In this document: piece after piece, positions 19,401 through 28,024 of the stretch
How positions within the stretch are numbered: position 1 is the first letter of the stretch
Layout of the letters: the number at the start of each line of letters is the position of its first letter
From: a virus
Taxonomy: Duplodnaviria; Caudoviricetes
IMG/VR virus record: IMGVR_UViG_3300008255_000013
Location: 1-54,383 of that record
Length of the DNA: 54,383 nt
Direction: 5' to 3' (one strand)
Position numbers and translations under genes: made by a program
Notes under the pieces: model-generated
Databases searched by the model: none
Told to the model about the DNA's origin: nothing
What the model saw: the letters and a program-made list of their open reading frames with translations, nothing else

Positions 19401-22400
19401 GTTCGTAATGCGCCGCCGCGGAGTTCTTACCGCCACTGCCACGCGCACCAAATGCCAAACCTAATTGACCATCAAGTGATATGGCTTTTTCGGGAATACC
19501 AATTATTCGGGCGAGATCCGTTAAAGCATCATAGGCGTTATTCAGGTCATCAACACGGCGTGATTGTTCAACGTAATTACCAAACTGAACACCTCTAAAA
19601 CCAAACGTCTCCGTGAACTCTTGAGGTGATATATCTCTACCCTCTCTGTAATCTTCACCCTTGCGTGGATCATTAGTTGATCTTCTAACTGGTGGCACGT
19701 CTTTTTTCTTATTAAGCAGAGCAACGAGATCGTCATAATTCTCGTTCATATATTCCGCAGCCTCTCTTGAGGTTTTAAAGCCACCTTGGAGGTCAATAAA
19801 CTTGCCTGGTCCAACTTTCTTTCCGACAATGATTTCACGTGTCTTGGTGACACGATAAATATTCAGTTCGACCTTTTTATCAGAAGGTTTTCTATCTTCT
19901 TGCTCTATTTTCTTTTTGACGTGTGCAATGGCTTGTTCGTACGTATCAAAATCATCTCCAAAGTAAGATTTTCTTGCCGCAACCCATCGATCACCCATAT
20001 TTATCATTTCATTAGAGTCTGGCGACCTGCGCGATATTCTTGAAACACGAACATTCCAGTCTTTAGCCTTTGTGAAAGCTGGGTAGCCTAAATCTTTATA
20101 TAAATTGATGCGATCAAAAAACCCATCAAGCTGGCGTAGTCCTTCGCCCTTTGATTTTAGCTTACTAACCAATTCAGGGTCTTTTATAACATCATTAGCA
20201 AAATCTCTTATTTGGGTGAACTGATCAACCCACCTCTTTACGCCATACTTACGTGGCTTGCTGGGTATTTGATCACGCAAAGCTTTTACAGTGGCAAGAG
20301 CATCAATCGAAACACCTTCGGCTATCAAACGCTCATAATCTGGCTCTGGGAAGTGTTTTGATACCGTTATCGCCGATTGGTCATCTGGCAATTCATCGGA
20401 CATTGTTTTGCTATATGATTGCCATAGATCCTTCTTCGCGCCTTCAAGTTTTTCACCAAAATCTTGGATCTTCTCGCCACTTGGTTTTTCATTTTCAGTT
20501 TCATTATCAGAACCCTTTTTTAATTCAGAAGAATCTAATTTGGCATCACTGGATGCCTTAACATTATTAAGGAACTGCGCGTAATCCATGCCAATCTTGG
20601 TGATCTGCTTTTGATCAATAAATACATCACCCTTGACCAAACGCCTCTCCGAGTTAGTTCCTTTTATAGTCATCCCATCTTTAACTGATTTTTCGACCCA
20701 CTCGTGACGTTTAATGACCCCATGACCTGCGTGGTTCACCAAAGTCATTAAAGACTTTTTAAATCTGATCTGATCATTTTTGTTGTATTTAGATAAGAAT
20801 TTACCAACATCGGTTTTATTAAAATCCTCTATTTCCTTATTCTTATCAGCAATCTTCTGCGCATCAATTAAAGCACTATTCTCCTGCATTTTCTGTTGCG
20901 ATTGTTTGCGCTTAATTTGGAAATCAATTTCAGATTTTGCATCCTCAAGACTACTGTGCAAAGTATCGCCTAGAACGGAATTTGAACTTACATTCCGTTC
21001 GTCTTGAACCGCCCATTTACCATCTTGCGTTTTGTATATTTTACGCCCTTGGTAGGTAATTTCTTGTGCTTGAACAGGTTTATCTTCTGCAATAGATTCA
21101 TTCTTTATTTCTCTAACCCAATTAGGTAAAAAACCTTTTGTTCTTGCCCCTTTTGGTAATGCCAAATAACCGCCACGACCATCGGATTTAATAGTAACAG
21201 TTTCAATGCTTTCGCCAAAAATTCCACCAACACCGCGCAATACTTCTACTTTTTTATTTAGGTTATCCTCATAAAATTCCTGCGTTGGTTGTCTCCAGCC
21301 TTTTTCTTCAATGATCTTCGTTTTTAAGGACTGATTAATGTTATAAATACGCAATCCGAAATCATAATTTTCTGGAACGCCTAATTGATTGGCTACATCT
21401 TTCTTTAGATCGTCCAGATACGTCCAAGGCTTTGCATTACGAATAGCGGATTCTATTTGCTCATCACTAAAATCTTTAGGGGTATCTATTTCAATTCCAA
21501 TCTTAGAGCCTCTGTAACCTTTATCAATCAAGTATTGTGCATATTCAAGTGCTTCATTTTCTGATTTCGGCTCTTTGTATGTAGCGTATGTTCCGTCTGA
21601 AAATGTAACAACAAATCCTGCATCCGAACTCTTGACACTTTTTGGCTTTATATCATCTTTCGTATTGTCAGAAATATTCGGGTCTTGTTTTTTGTAAGAA
21701 AACGCTTTTTTGGATTTAGATTTATTTATCCATTCTTTGAAATCGGCAACACTTACTTCGCTAACAGCACCAGCGCGACTTGGACCAGAACCATCAGAAA
21801 ACGCCTTAAAATAATCATTTACGGCTTCTTCTTGAGAGTTATAGCCGACCATAGCCTTGACTTCGTCAAATTCACCGCTTTGTGGGTCTATTTGATCTAT
21901 GATGTAAACGCGGTCACTTTGGGTTGACTCGCCGACATAAACATCGATCTGATCACCATCCGCGCCATTTGTTCCTTTTAGATAGCCATAATGGGCAGGA
22001 AGTTCGGTTTGCCATTCGTTTCCGTCACTGTCCTTGCCTGACCGAATAGATCCTTTAGGATTTTCAATAGATATTGATAAACCTTGAATTGAGACATGAC
22101 CTTTTTTGTAATTACCAGCCTCTTTTTGTGCATCTGTAGGGTTGATATTGACATCCTGAACCGCATCATTGATAGCAAGTTTTGTCGGTGCATCCCATTC
22201 TGGAAAACGTGTATCAAGTTCTTTTTTGTATTTTCTTTTGTAATCTGTTAAAAACTTATTCCACCCACCTTGCTTTGCTTGGGCATTGACATTATCCATC
22301 CCCTTAATAAGGTCATCTAGGCTCATTGATGATAGTGGGTCATCTTCCTCTTTGCGATCAACTGTGTCTGCGGTGAATAAATCTTTTGGCGACTCTTTGG

Positions 22401-23994
22401 GTTTTGTCGAAACAGAAATTGGCGGCAACGACTGAACTAAATCACTAGGTTGACTTTCTAATATATTTTGGTTGTCTATCTGTGTCTTATCGGTGGAAGT
22501 GGCAATATCCTGCGCTTGCGCCAAAGTGCCGTTATCAATCGTTCCATCAGATTCAAATAATGTCCTTAGATTGCCAAAAGTATCAACTATTGTGACCTCT
22601 AATTCACCATCAATGATTTGTGCAGAAACCAAACTACCTTCAATGGATTCGCCGTCACCTGTTTTTTGTTCTATAGGCGTTCCAACTACAAATCCCTGCT
22701 GCTGTAGCACAGGATCAATCTCAATTTGTGGAAGATCAATGGTTTTATTCTCTGGAAGGGGCGTATTGTTTTCAATGGCTTGAGTCAAATCATCTCGATT
22801 CAAGGGCGCAGGTATTCTCGCAACGATGCCATCATTTGGCACTGGGGCTTTAGGTTGTGGCTCTATTGACGCATCTGAACCCAAATTCTGCTGTGTTCTG
22901 CCATTTTCAATAATTAATGGGGCAGGTGTGTTATTCTTGTTATTAAGTGCCAAATTGGTGGCTTCTGTAGCACCCCTTATAGCACCACCCATCGGACCAC
23001 CAACTAGAGCACCTTGAATACCAACTTCAATTCTATCTTTAATTGTCGGATTGACATCTGTTCCTTGTGTCGCGCCCTGTAATTCAAGATTTTCTTGGAT
23101 TGCTTCTGTTGTAGCCTCGCCCAAAGCGGATCGTCCAACCGCGCTAGGTATTTGAGAAGCCCTTGTGACTTGTTTTGCACCACCGCCTAAAGCCGTAGGA
23201 ACGTCACCAAGCACTCCAATTCTCTCAAGTGCGGCTGATGGTACGGCGTATGTCAAAGCCGTCTTTAAATCGTCTCCTGTGGGGATTTGATTGGCATCTT
23301 GACCTTGGTTAACATTTCTTTCCTCTAAAACATTTTGTGTTGTGGTGGCGGCTACAAGAGGTGCGCCGACAAAAGGTATAAACGCCACACCTGCCTCTGG
23401 GATGCTTTTTGCGCCTTGCTCTAAAACAAATCTCCCTACTTTAAGTGGGTCAATATCCGAAACTTTATTACCAAGTGGGTTTATCTCGTCAAAAGTGACG
23501 CTATCTTGCACATTCATAGATTGAATTTGTCCAGATAGGTCACGTTCTACGCCAGAGGCATAATCTGCTGCGCCGCGCAATCCTCTTGAAACTATATTTG
23601 ACCCATCAAATGAAGAAACTGTTGCAACATCATCTTGGGATTGCTCTGGATACCCAAATGCCTCGTAAAACCTAGTGCGGATATCAGTGTCAATGCTATC
23701 AACTTTATTGGCGGCTGTGTCTAAAAGATTTGCCGAAATACCAGATAATCTGCGCGTTGCGTCTACAGCACCCAAGGCTAAATGACCAGATATACTCTTA
23801 TCTACTTCCTTTTTTGGGTAATAGGTTGGCGATGTAGCGCGAGGATTAAGAACATCACGCTCGCTATCAAGCGTTATGTACTCATCTGGCGCAAGCTTTC
23901 TTACCCTAGAATTTTTTGGCACGCCCGATTGTGCAACTGGCTGTGCACTGTCAAGAACAATTGCTTCGGACTCGCCAATTTTACGGATTGCCAT
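13390..23994 (-). CDS. Giant polyvalent (probably DNA-co-injected) protein with InPase, LPD5, LPD1, zincin, ADP-ribosyltransferase and PLxRFG-like domains
   Basis: AQKEAGNYKKGH...HYGY...DGDQIDVY; KIQDFGEKLEGAKKD; FGFRGVQFGN...GSLGHEWFH; HEVIH; FKRWFGDSKVVDENGKPLVVYH...GYDG; YIPLKRWG. Confidence 0.85.
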   Translation of the reverse strand: MAIRKIGESEAIVLDSAQPVAQSGVPKNSRVRKLAPDEYITLDSERDVLNPRATSPTYYPKKEVDKSISGHLALGAVDATRRLSGISANLLDTAANKVDSIDTDIRTRFYEAFGYPEQSQDDVATVSSFDGSNIVSRGLRGAADYASGVERDLSGQIQSMNVQDSVTFDEINPLGNKVSDIDPLKVGRFVLEQGAKSIPEAGVAFIPFVGAPLVAATTTQNVLEERNVNQGQDANQIPTGDDLKTALTYAVPSAALERIGVLGDVPTALGGGAKQVTRASQIPSAVGRSALGEATTEAIQENLELQGATQGTDVNPTIKDRIEVGIQGALVGGPMGGAIRGATEATNLALNNKNNTPAPLIIENGRTQQNLGSDASIEPQPKAPVPNDGIVARIPAPLNRDDLTQAIENNTPLPENKTIDLPQIEIDPVLQQQGFVVGTPIEQKTGDGESIEGSLVSAQIIDGELEVTIVDTFGNLRTLFESDGTIDNGTLAQAQDIATSTDKTQIDNQNILESQPSDLVQSLPPISVSTKPKESPKDLFTADTVDRKEEDDPLSSMSLDDLIKGMDNVNAQAKQGGWNKFLTDYKRKYKKELDTRFPEWDAPTKLAINDAVQDVNINPTDAQKEAGNYKKGHVSIQGLSISIENPKGSIRSGKDSDGNEWQTELPAHYGYLKGTNGADGDQIDVYVGESTQSDRVYIIDQIDPQSGEFDEVKAMVGYNSQEEAVNDYFKAFSDGSGPSRAGAVSEVSVADFKEWINKSKSKKAFSYKKQDPNISDNTKDDIKPKSVKSSDAGFVVTFSDGTYATYKEPKSENEALEYAQYLIDKGYRGSKIGIEIDTPKDFSDEQIESAIRNAKPWTYLDDLKKDVANQLGVPENYDFGLRIYNINQSLKTKIIEEKGWRQPTQEFYEDNLNKKVEVLRGVGGIFGESIETVTIKSDGRGGYLALPKGARTKGFLPNWVREIKNESIAEDKPVQAQEITYQGRKIYKTQDGKWAVQDERNVSSNSVLGDTLHSSLEDAKSEIDFQIKRKQSQQKMQENSALIDAQKIADKNKEIEDFNKTDVGKFLSKYNKNDQIRFKKSLMTLVNHAGHGVIKRHEWVEKSVKDGMTIKGTNSERRLVKGDVFIDQKQITKIGMDYAQFLNNVKASSDAKLDSSELKKGSDNETENEKPSGEKIQDFGEKLEGAKKDLWQSYSKTMSDELPDDQSAITVSKHFPEPDYERLIAEGVSIDALATVKALRDQIPSKPRKYGVKRWVDQFTQIRDFANDVIKDPELVSKLKSKGEGLRQLDGFFDRINLYKDLGYPAFTKAKDWNVRVSRISRRSPDSNEMINMGDRWVAARKSYFGDDFDTYEQAIAHVKKKIEQEDRKPSDKKVELNIYRVTKTREIIVGKKVGPGKFIDLQGGFKTSREAAEYMNENYDDLVALLNKKKDVPPVRRSTNDPRKGEDYREGRDISPQEFTETFGFRGVQFGNYVEQSRRVDDLNNAYDALTDLARIIGIPEKAISLDGQLGLAFGARGSGGKNSAAAHYEPGNVVINLTKINGAGSLGHEWFHAMDNYFGKQEKTNTYLSQNNLYTSYFKIDDVREEVQKAFRQVMKAINSTGIKERSKKLDGYRSKDYWSTPHEMIARSFEAYLIHKADLKGYSNDYLANLSSQIGFEAVMGDGTYPYPTRAEMVDTIAGAFDNLFDVIDTKQTEAGVAMYSLNNGLQSYLLDYTKNQIKQEKGTGAQFLAMLRKADGIKEEEIEWTGLDDFLKNRGGVTKQEIVDYLEANQVQIEEVTLGSDWDKPISKDDWIDNRVNFYMVQGLSADQARLQAESAANAEKTGQAKFSQYTLAGGTNYREVLMTLPEQSPFSEQEREEMDTLSRRMNNEANFPDKDLERYNDLNRKLANRIDSNFKSRHYDQANILAHVRLNDRTDADGKRVLFIEEIQSDWHQAGRKKGYKGSIGEDIKVNTDGLVVERKQDDMWNKYKVIRDGQELYSFMMPLDRDVLTTDEIISAYANNELREKQMTRENQERQKVPDAPFKKSWHEMAFRRVVQMAAQGGYDRVAWTTGEQQNERYDLSKQVDQVEVYKLDNGNYNLEVLNDGKPIPLPDTRDMPAERIEDFVGKDVAKRAIEMANKDGEAILSGVDLKIGGDGMKGFYDNILVKYANKFGKKFGAQVSQIQINTGNAPDDVVAKYANDKDHPFTKAQRSIVNSLDITDAMREVARTGLALFRKNVQSGKNQITKSMEDAINKKLKSLGWSNARFTLFDDVSQTPLSGAPSDIDGAYWRKIIYVSMHSSDILSTIDHEVIHGLKDFGAFTDAEWKTLESKAAEWRVKYDIDNRYKDVLISQGVKSESSLERRLDEEAIAHAFQDFDNKGVIRRIVNKAISFIKAIGDVLRGKAFNMRTADDVFQAVRSGKIGARIQEEISNNTNVQQPMFSIADKINSPAFKRWFGDSKVVDENGKPLVVYHSTTSVKDFDAFKRLSHFGTREQALKRIDDIREDIDPNVAPERVFPVYISMKNPIRIDDSGKQHEVEDYVTELENLGILTKFEADDILQQEREPIRKATLIRYAKEAGYDGFVYNNVFESDGGDSYVIFNSSQVKSIFNQGTFDADESSIMYQLPTGKKQSIDGARLNLNKVKGLEKGFINDLNKQSSIFLHPQMIASLHKGFVPVYNSVIGRYKQREVIFNQLMGNTTTYNSLTEQEKKQVHAVLEIGRLSGKTYKPNVDGIIEVKNEGLKYTHHSKEGDFITLTPSQTASYLGLRKSFDLALDKIIDTILEEEGLLEQGIKSIQDVERLRLTAQKNGDVEEVKRLSSVLQKLNDVNDSKKTGYIPLKRWGKVGISVKNEEGDVVYFERVDIGNTKTQNKKLAEIKQVNDALDNLPEEFLKPEYTISTFEMSNFNDVVANIDLESFDVIAHSSDLTNEEREKFIEAIKKEMQKRGFRSHFFRSRDIPGYSADFERSINDYFITASSYISRRLNDKKIEDSLTVLAESGMKNLYEYGREYVDYINDPIEEWGEARMTIFMYYLSGNVSSGLVNLTQPVLFTAPWFKGKFSSSDIAIELSKAYKDIGSVSTPNIRGDDSFDFSKAPLDVRDALIKAQSEGDFLSQATHDAMAVASTSSLKVRGARKRARQVADAVALTFSIPEKVNRIATFISAYRLAMKPGAKENIMKWVGRDEFSKAMLDGKDGADFAFAYAELAVVSTQYRVGKLNRARVSRGIGTLPFQFLSFTIQTLELIYRLSKVNSGQSKASVAYMMFAIVAFSGLKGIPFTDDLQELYERLYKLVTGIDVDIDFKAREVITEYTGSKFLADTLLKGLPASVLNMDLSGRLGFGSIAPDRGSDFLGVWFDLFVERPLQASQYLAQGRAGSAVRELLPAFLSNPLQAMSWESDGVYTKAGSKVIDAEDITGMDVFMKSLGFTTADISNKRDSVWSETRANNAVNELRKRYYGRMAKAIAEGQRLYAQGDFEGQAEMQRQFTAIMEEIRIHNEGKPPHLQIIPNQASIKQRVKEELRGADERRIRKQARPRVQEIREIYGY

Positions 23995-25309
23995 CGTCTA
24001 TAAATCTTTCTCCGTTTGGTGCTTGATATACAGGTCTACCATTGGCTGTTCCCACCTTAATAGAACCTTGAGGTACTCCAGATGGTAGCTGATTTTGCGC
24101 CAAAGATTGTTGAGCAATCGGTTGTGATTCAAGCTGGGGTAAATTAGGTTGAGGTCTAAATTGGATTGCCCTTGACAATAGGCTTTGCCTTTCATTTTGC
24201 TGTGGCGGTAGCGTTTGTACTAGATTTGGGGATACTTGATTTGGCGGTAACGTCTGCACTTGTTGCAATTGACCACCTTGCATCAATCCTTTGATTTTTT
24301 GCACATATGGCTGTGTTTGATTTGGATCGGGCAATGCAGAATAATCCCTTCCTGCCCTTAACCATTTATCCGCATTATCTGGTCCAGCATTATAGGCGAC
24401 AAGAGCAGCGTCAACGTCTCCATTATACCTTTTTAACATAGCCCCTAAATACTCAACACCTACACGAGCCAACTCTTGTTCTGAATTATCTCTCGCTGGC
24501 TGTACGCCGAAACCTGGATCAGATAGAGTTCTAGGCATGACCTGCATTGGTCCTATTGCTCCTGCCGAAGATGTGCGTGAGTCCATCCCAAAACTAGACT
24601 CCGCACCAAAGACGGCACTTGCAAGAACTGGGTCAACACCGCGCTCTTGAGCCATTAATTGAATAGTATTTACACCTGTTGCACCGCTAAAATTAGGACT
24701 GTACCCATTTAAACCACTTTGACCACCAAAATATTGATCGTAAGATTGAACGGCGATTGCCCCTGCATCAGGGGTTGGCGTAAAGCCACCCAAGCTTTCT
24801 TTTGTTGCATCAATAAATAATTCTTGTCTGCGACCTGCATCTTTGGCTTGATTTTTGTATTGCTCCATAGCAAGTTCTCTTTGGAATTTTCTATCTTCTG
24901 GATCAATGGGTTTTCCAGCGATTTGACTTGCTTTAATAACTCTTTGACCAAAATCAGGTATATCGCGAGTCTGCATCCACGCTATAGAAAATTTTTGAGC
25001 ACCAACTGGGTCATCGCCATAAAAATTACCAGCCGTAGCCAATCCTTTTGCGAAGTCGGCGTTCTGAAATATCTCTTGTGGAACATCAAGATTTTTTGAC
25101 TTGGCTAAATACATAGCTTCTTCCGTCTTACCACTTCCAGCAAAATCAAAAACTTTGAGCATATCATTGTCTCGTTGTTGTTGCTGTGCAGCAATTTTTG
25201 CATCTTCCATGTCTCTTTTTTGTTGCATCTGTGATGACCTAGCCTCAAAAGCCGATGCCACTGGGTTTGCCGTTGATGCAATCTGTCCTAAAATATCCAT
25301 TTTAAGCAC
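23981..25309 (-). CDS. Ejection protein with lytic transglycosylase (SLT) domain
   Basis: AESS...SSAGAIGPMQVMP...YL..ML.RY.G....ALVAYNAGP. Confidence 0.88.
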   Translation of the reverse strand: MLKMDILGQIASTANPVASAFEARSSQMQQKRDMEDAKIAAQQQQRDNDMLKVFDFAGSGKTEEAMYLAKSKNLDVPQEIFQNADFAKGLATAGNFYGDDPVGAQKFSIAWMQTRDIPDFGQRVIKASQIAGKPIDPEDRKFQRELAMEQYKNQAKDAGRRQELFIDATKESLGGFTPTPDAGAIAVQSYDQYFGGQSGLNGYSPNFSGATGVNTIQLMAQERGVDPVLASAVFGAESSFGMDSRTSSAGAIGPMQVMPRTLSDPGFGVQPARDNSEQELARVGVEYLGAMLKRYNGDVDAALVAYNAGPDNADKWLRAGRDYSALPDPNQTQPYVQKIKGLMQGGQLQQVQTLPPNQVSPNLVQTLPPQQNERQSLLSRAIQFRPQPNLPQLESQPIAQQSLAQNQLPSGVPQGSIKVGTANGRPVYQAPNGERFIDDGNP

Positions 25310-25958
25310 CCTCCTCGTAATTCGTTCTGCTCTCTCTGGCTTTTATTACATCATTTTTAAGAGTATCCGCAATAATCCCACCAATATCGCCAATGGCTGA
25401 TCCAGTTCTATTGCCCCTGCCAATGGTATTACTAGCTGTGACATTACCCCTATCCAGCAAACCCTTAGATGTCGCGTCACCTTGACTGATCAAATTATTA
25501 TTCAAATCCCTGCTTGTGTTAAAATATTGACCAGTTAAAGTCGCGGCGGCGTTATCGGAACTATCTCTGTTTGAAGTCATAAAATTGTTGCGAACGCGCG
25601 TATCCGTGTCACTTATTACCGCTGATGTGGCACGAGCAGAACCTCTTAATGACGAACCTTTTAAAGCATTAATAGATTCCCTACGGCTATCCTCAACCGC
25701 CAATTTCTGCTCTGGGGTTAATTCAGAACCCCTTGAAATACGTTTTTGTAAAGCAGTAAGACCAGGTGATGCCAATTTTCTCGTTTCATTAAGGTTTTCC
25801 TGCGCTAATCGTAATGCGTTTTCCTGCGCCTGTTGAGACTCTCTGGACGCTTTGAGAAGATCGTTTGATGCTTTGGCACTCGTTTTATTGGCTTGGGTCG
25901 TACCATAAATGGTCGCCCCTGCCGTTACAAGTGTCGGTAAAAAGTTCCAAAAACTCAT
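25302..25958 (-). CDS. Putative ejection (DNA-transfer) protein, P22 gp7-like position
   Basis: Hydrophobic G/A-rich N-terminus and S/A/N/Q-rich helical body; synteny. Confidence 0.6.
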   Translation of the reverse strand: MSFWNFLPTLVTAGATIYGTTQANKTSAKASNDLLKASRESQQAQENALRLAQENLNETRKLASPGLTALQKRISRGSELTPEQKLAVEDSRRESINALKGSSLRGSARATSAVISDTDTRVRNNFMTSNRDSSDNAAATLTGQYFNTSRDLNNNLISQGDATSKGLLDRGNVTASNTIGRGNRTGSAIGDIGGIIADTLKNDVIKARESRTNYEEGA

Positions 25959-25983
25959 CTTATGATTTCTCCCTAGTTTCTGA

Positions 25984-26364
25984 TTATGCCATCAGACCTT
26001 TAGATAAGCGATTATCATCCATTAATGGATTGTCACTTTCTTGATATTGTGCTGATTGGACGTTTTGCGGTTGCGGTGCTTTTATGCTGTTGCTTTCCTC
26101 TTCAAAAACACCCATTGCTTTAAAAATTGGCACTAATTCTGGGATAACAAGTGATAATTCCATAGCCGCCTCAACTGTCAAGGCGGCATCAATAGCAGAT
26201 CCAAAGTTTGGATTCTTTTTTATTTCTTCGTCAATCCGCATCAAAATTAAATTATGAACACCCTGATTAAATTCAGTATTTTGCGCCTGTGGCTGTGCCC
26301 CCATATTGGGTTCTGATTGCATATTTTGTTGCATTTGTTCGTTCTCCTGTTGGTTTTGATACAT
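25984..26364 (-). CDS. Hypothetical Q/N-rich protein
   Basis: AAGGAG RBS; lies in the ejection operon. Confidence 0.65.
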   Translation of the reverse strand: MYQNQQENEQMQQNMQSEPNMGAQPQAQNTEFNQGVHNLILMRIDEEIKKNPNFGSAIDAALTVEAAMELSLVIPELVPIFKAMGVFEEESNSIKAPQPQNVQSAQYQESDNPLMDDNRLSKGLMA

Positions 26365-26374
26365 TTTTTACTCC

Positions 26375-26827
26375 TTATCTGATAAAGTCTATTTTATTTT
26401 TGTCGCTTGAATACATATACATATCACCCTCGCCTATGCAGGTAAAACCAGACTCAACGTACATTCTTCCAACAACGGCATGATCTGTTAAAGAAGATAT
26501 AACGACATCTTCTCCAACAATCTCTTTTGTCTTTTGAATAGAGGCTTCAATAGCCTTTTTTACAAAAAAACATCTACGACCTGGACCAAGATTGTAATCT
26601 GCTATAGCAAAAGCCATGTGCGCCAATTTAGTTTCATTCACGTATATGAAACAAGAAGCAACGATCTTATTTTTATGAGAGACAACAACGCCATTTTCTG
26701 GCACACAATCTATCGGAAAACTATCGCCATCAAAATATAATGACCACCAATTGTTTATATCATCAAAATGCTTGGTTTTATCAAAACTTAAAACTTCACA
26801 GTATGGCTCAATATCATTTTTGCTCAT
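26375..26827 (-). CDS. GNAT-fold-like protein (P22 gp14/T7 gp13 position)
   Basis: Size, beta-rich core and RMYVESGF C-terminal pattern; synteny. Confidence 0.5.
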   Translation of the reverse strand: MSKNDIEPYCEVLSFDKTKHFDDINNWWSLYFDGDSFPIDCVPENGVVVSHKNKIVASCFIYVNETKLAHMAFAIADYNLGPGRRCFFVKKAIEASIQKTKEIVGEDVVISSLTDHAVVGRMYVESGFTCIGEGDMYMYSSDKNKIDFIR

Positions 26828-27936
26828 AGAAATAACTCCTCAAATCTTAAAAGTTCTTCGTTTCTATTATCCATTGAGTTCAAAAGATCAATCAATTCAA
26901 CTTCGTTATATGTCTTATCTGTAGCGTCTGGAATTTCAAGAACGTCCGCAGAAATGTACCACGGCGTTACAATAAGATTATTCTCTGTTGCCATTGGGTA
27001 AACAATGTATCTGTCAATTTCGCTTTCAGGCTCATAAGGTTTTGATAGAGATGAATCTTCTACACGCAACCATGTGCCACCCTCAAAAACGGCATGACCG
27101 CCACTTAGAATTGTGTTTTTATACTTGTAAAGTTCATCGGCGTAAGATTTACCTATGGCTTGAACCTCACCACCTAATGCCACTCGATCACCAAGAACAA
27201 TGTCCTCAATATTTTTATGCGATGAATCTTCCATAAGGATAGGCGTTCCAGCAACAAAACAGAATAAAGATCCAATTGTGCCACCTATAAATCCACCGCC
27301 AGGGATTGGTATGAGTGCTTGACCTATCGCCGTTCCGATCCCTGTGGCAACACCTGCTTTTGCCGCATCTTTAATATCGCCACCTGTAAGAAGAGTAGCT
27401 GCGGCGGTTGCAAAACCTGCCCCTGCCGCCCCACCAAAGTTTGATGCTCTTGTTGCACTTTGACCAGCTTGCGTTCCTGCAACTTGACTTGATGTCGCTG
27501 GTCCTAGTTTTCCACCAAGAGATGATAATGCTTGATTCGTAGCTTGTGAACCTGCGCCACTTGATGACCCAATAAGACCCCCACTGACCTTATTTGCGAG
27601 TGATGAAAATCCAGTTCCGATACCTTCTCTAAATGTACCTCCATTTGCCAATGTTGAACCAACTGTCTGACCGACCTGTTGACCAACAAAAGGAAGGGCT
27701 GAACCTACAACCTCTTTAGCACCAAAAGAGGGAACTTCAATTGATTCGTCATTTTGATTTGACGTTGACTGATTTGACTGTAAATTATCTGTTGAACTTC
27801 CAGACAAATTTGCATCATTTTCAGAAACACCTGTTGACACATTGCCTTGCGGATCAATTCCACCACCAGCAAAGTTTGCGTAACGAGATCCCCTAAAAGA
27901 ATTGCCTTGTATTTCTCTAAAATCGTTTTCTGACAT
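26824..27936 (-). CDS. Gly-rich/glycine-zipper protein with C-terminal Hint (Hedgehog/intein) domain
   Basis: CFVAGTPILMEDSSHKNIEDIVLGDRV (block A, Cys226), SGGHAVF (block B His), IVYPMATENNLI (block F). Confidence 0.85.
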   Translation of the reverse strand: MSENDFREIQGNSFRGSRYANFAGGGIDPQGNVSTGVSENDANLSGSSTDNLQSNQSTSNQNDESIEVPSFGAKEVVGSALPFVGQQVGQTVGSTLANGGTFREGIGTGFSSLANKVSGGLIGSSSGAGSQATNQALSSLGGKLGPATSSQVAGTQAGQSATRASNFGGAAGAGFATAAATLLTGGDIKDAAKAGVATGIGTAIGQALIPIPGGGFIGGTIGSLFCFVAGTPILMEDSSHKNIEDIVLGDRVALGGEVQAIGKSYADELYKYKNTILSGGHAVFEGGTWLRVEDSSLSKPYEPESEIDRYIVYPMATENNLIVTPWYISADVLEIPDATDKTYNEVELIDLLNSMDNRNEELLRFEELFL

Positions 27937-27978
27937 TACAAATACCCAATACCCTTTTCATTTTTGATTTGTGCGCTT

Positions 27979-27987
27979 ATTATAACA
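27979..27987 (-). promoter_or_regulatory. Extended -10 promoter candidate for the ejection operon
   Basis: TGTTATAAT on the minus strand within an AT-rich intergenic gap. Confidence 0.45.
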
Positions 27988-28024
27988 GAAGAAATAATAA
28001 AAATGTGAGTGTAAAATAATTTTA

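Noticed and set aside
26824-27261. Canonical splicing intein
   Set aside because: There is no C-terminal His-Asn-Cys/Ser/Thr motif, no homing endonuclease and no host protein resuming afterwards
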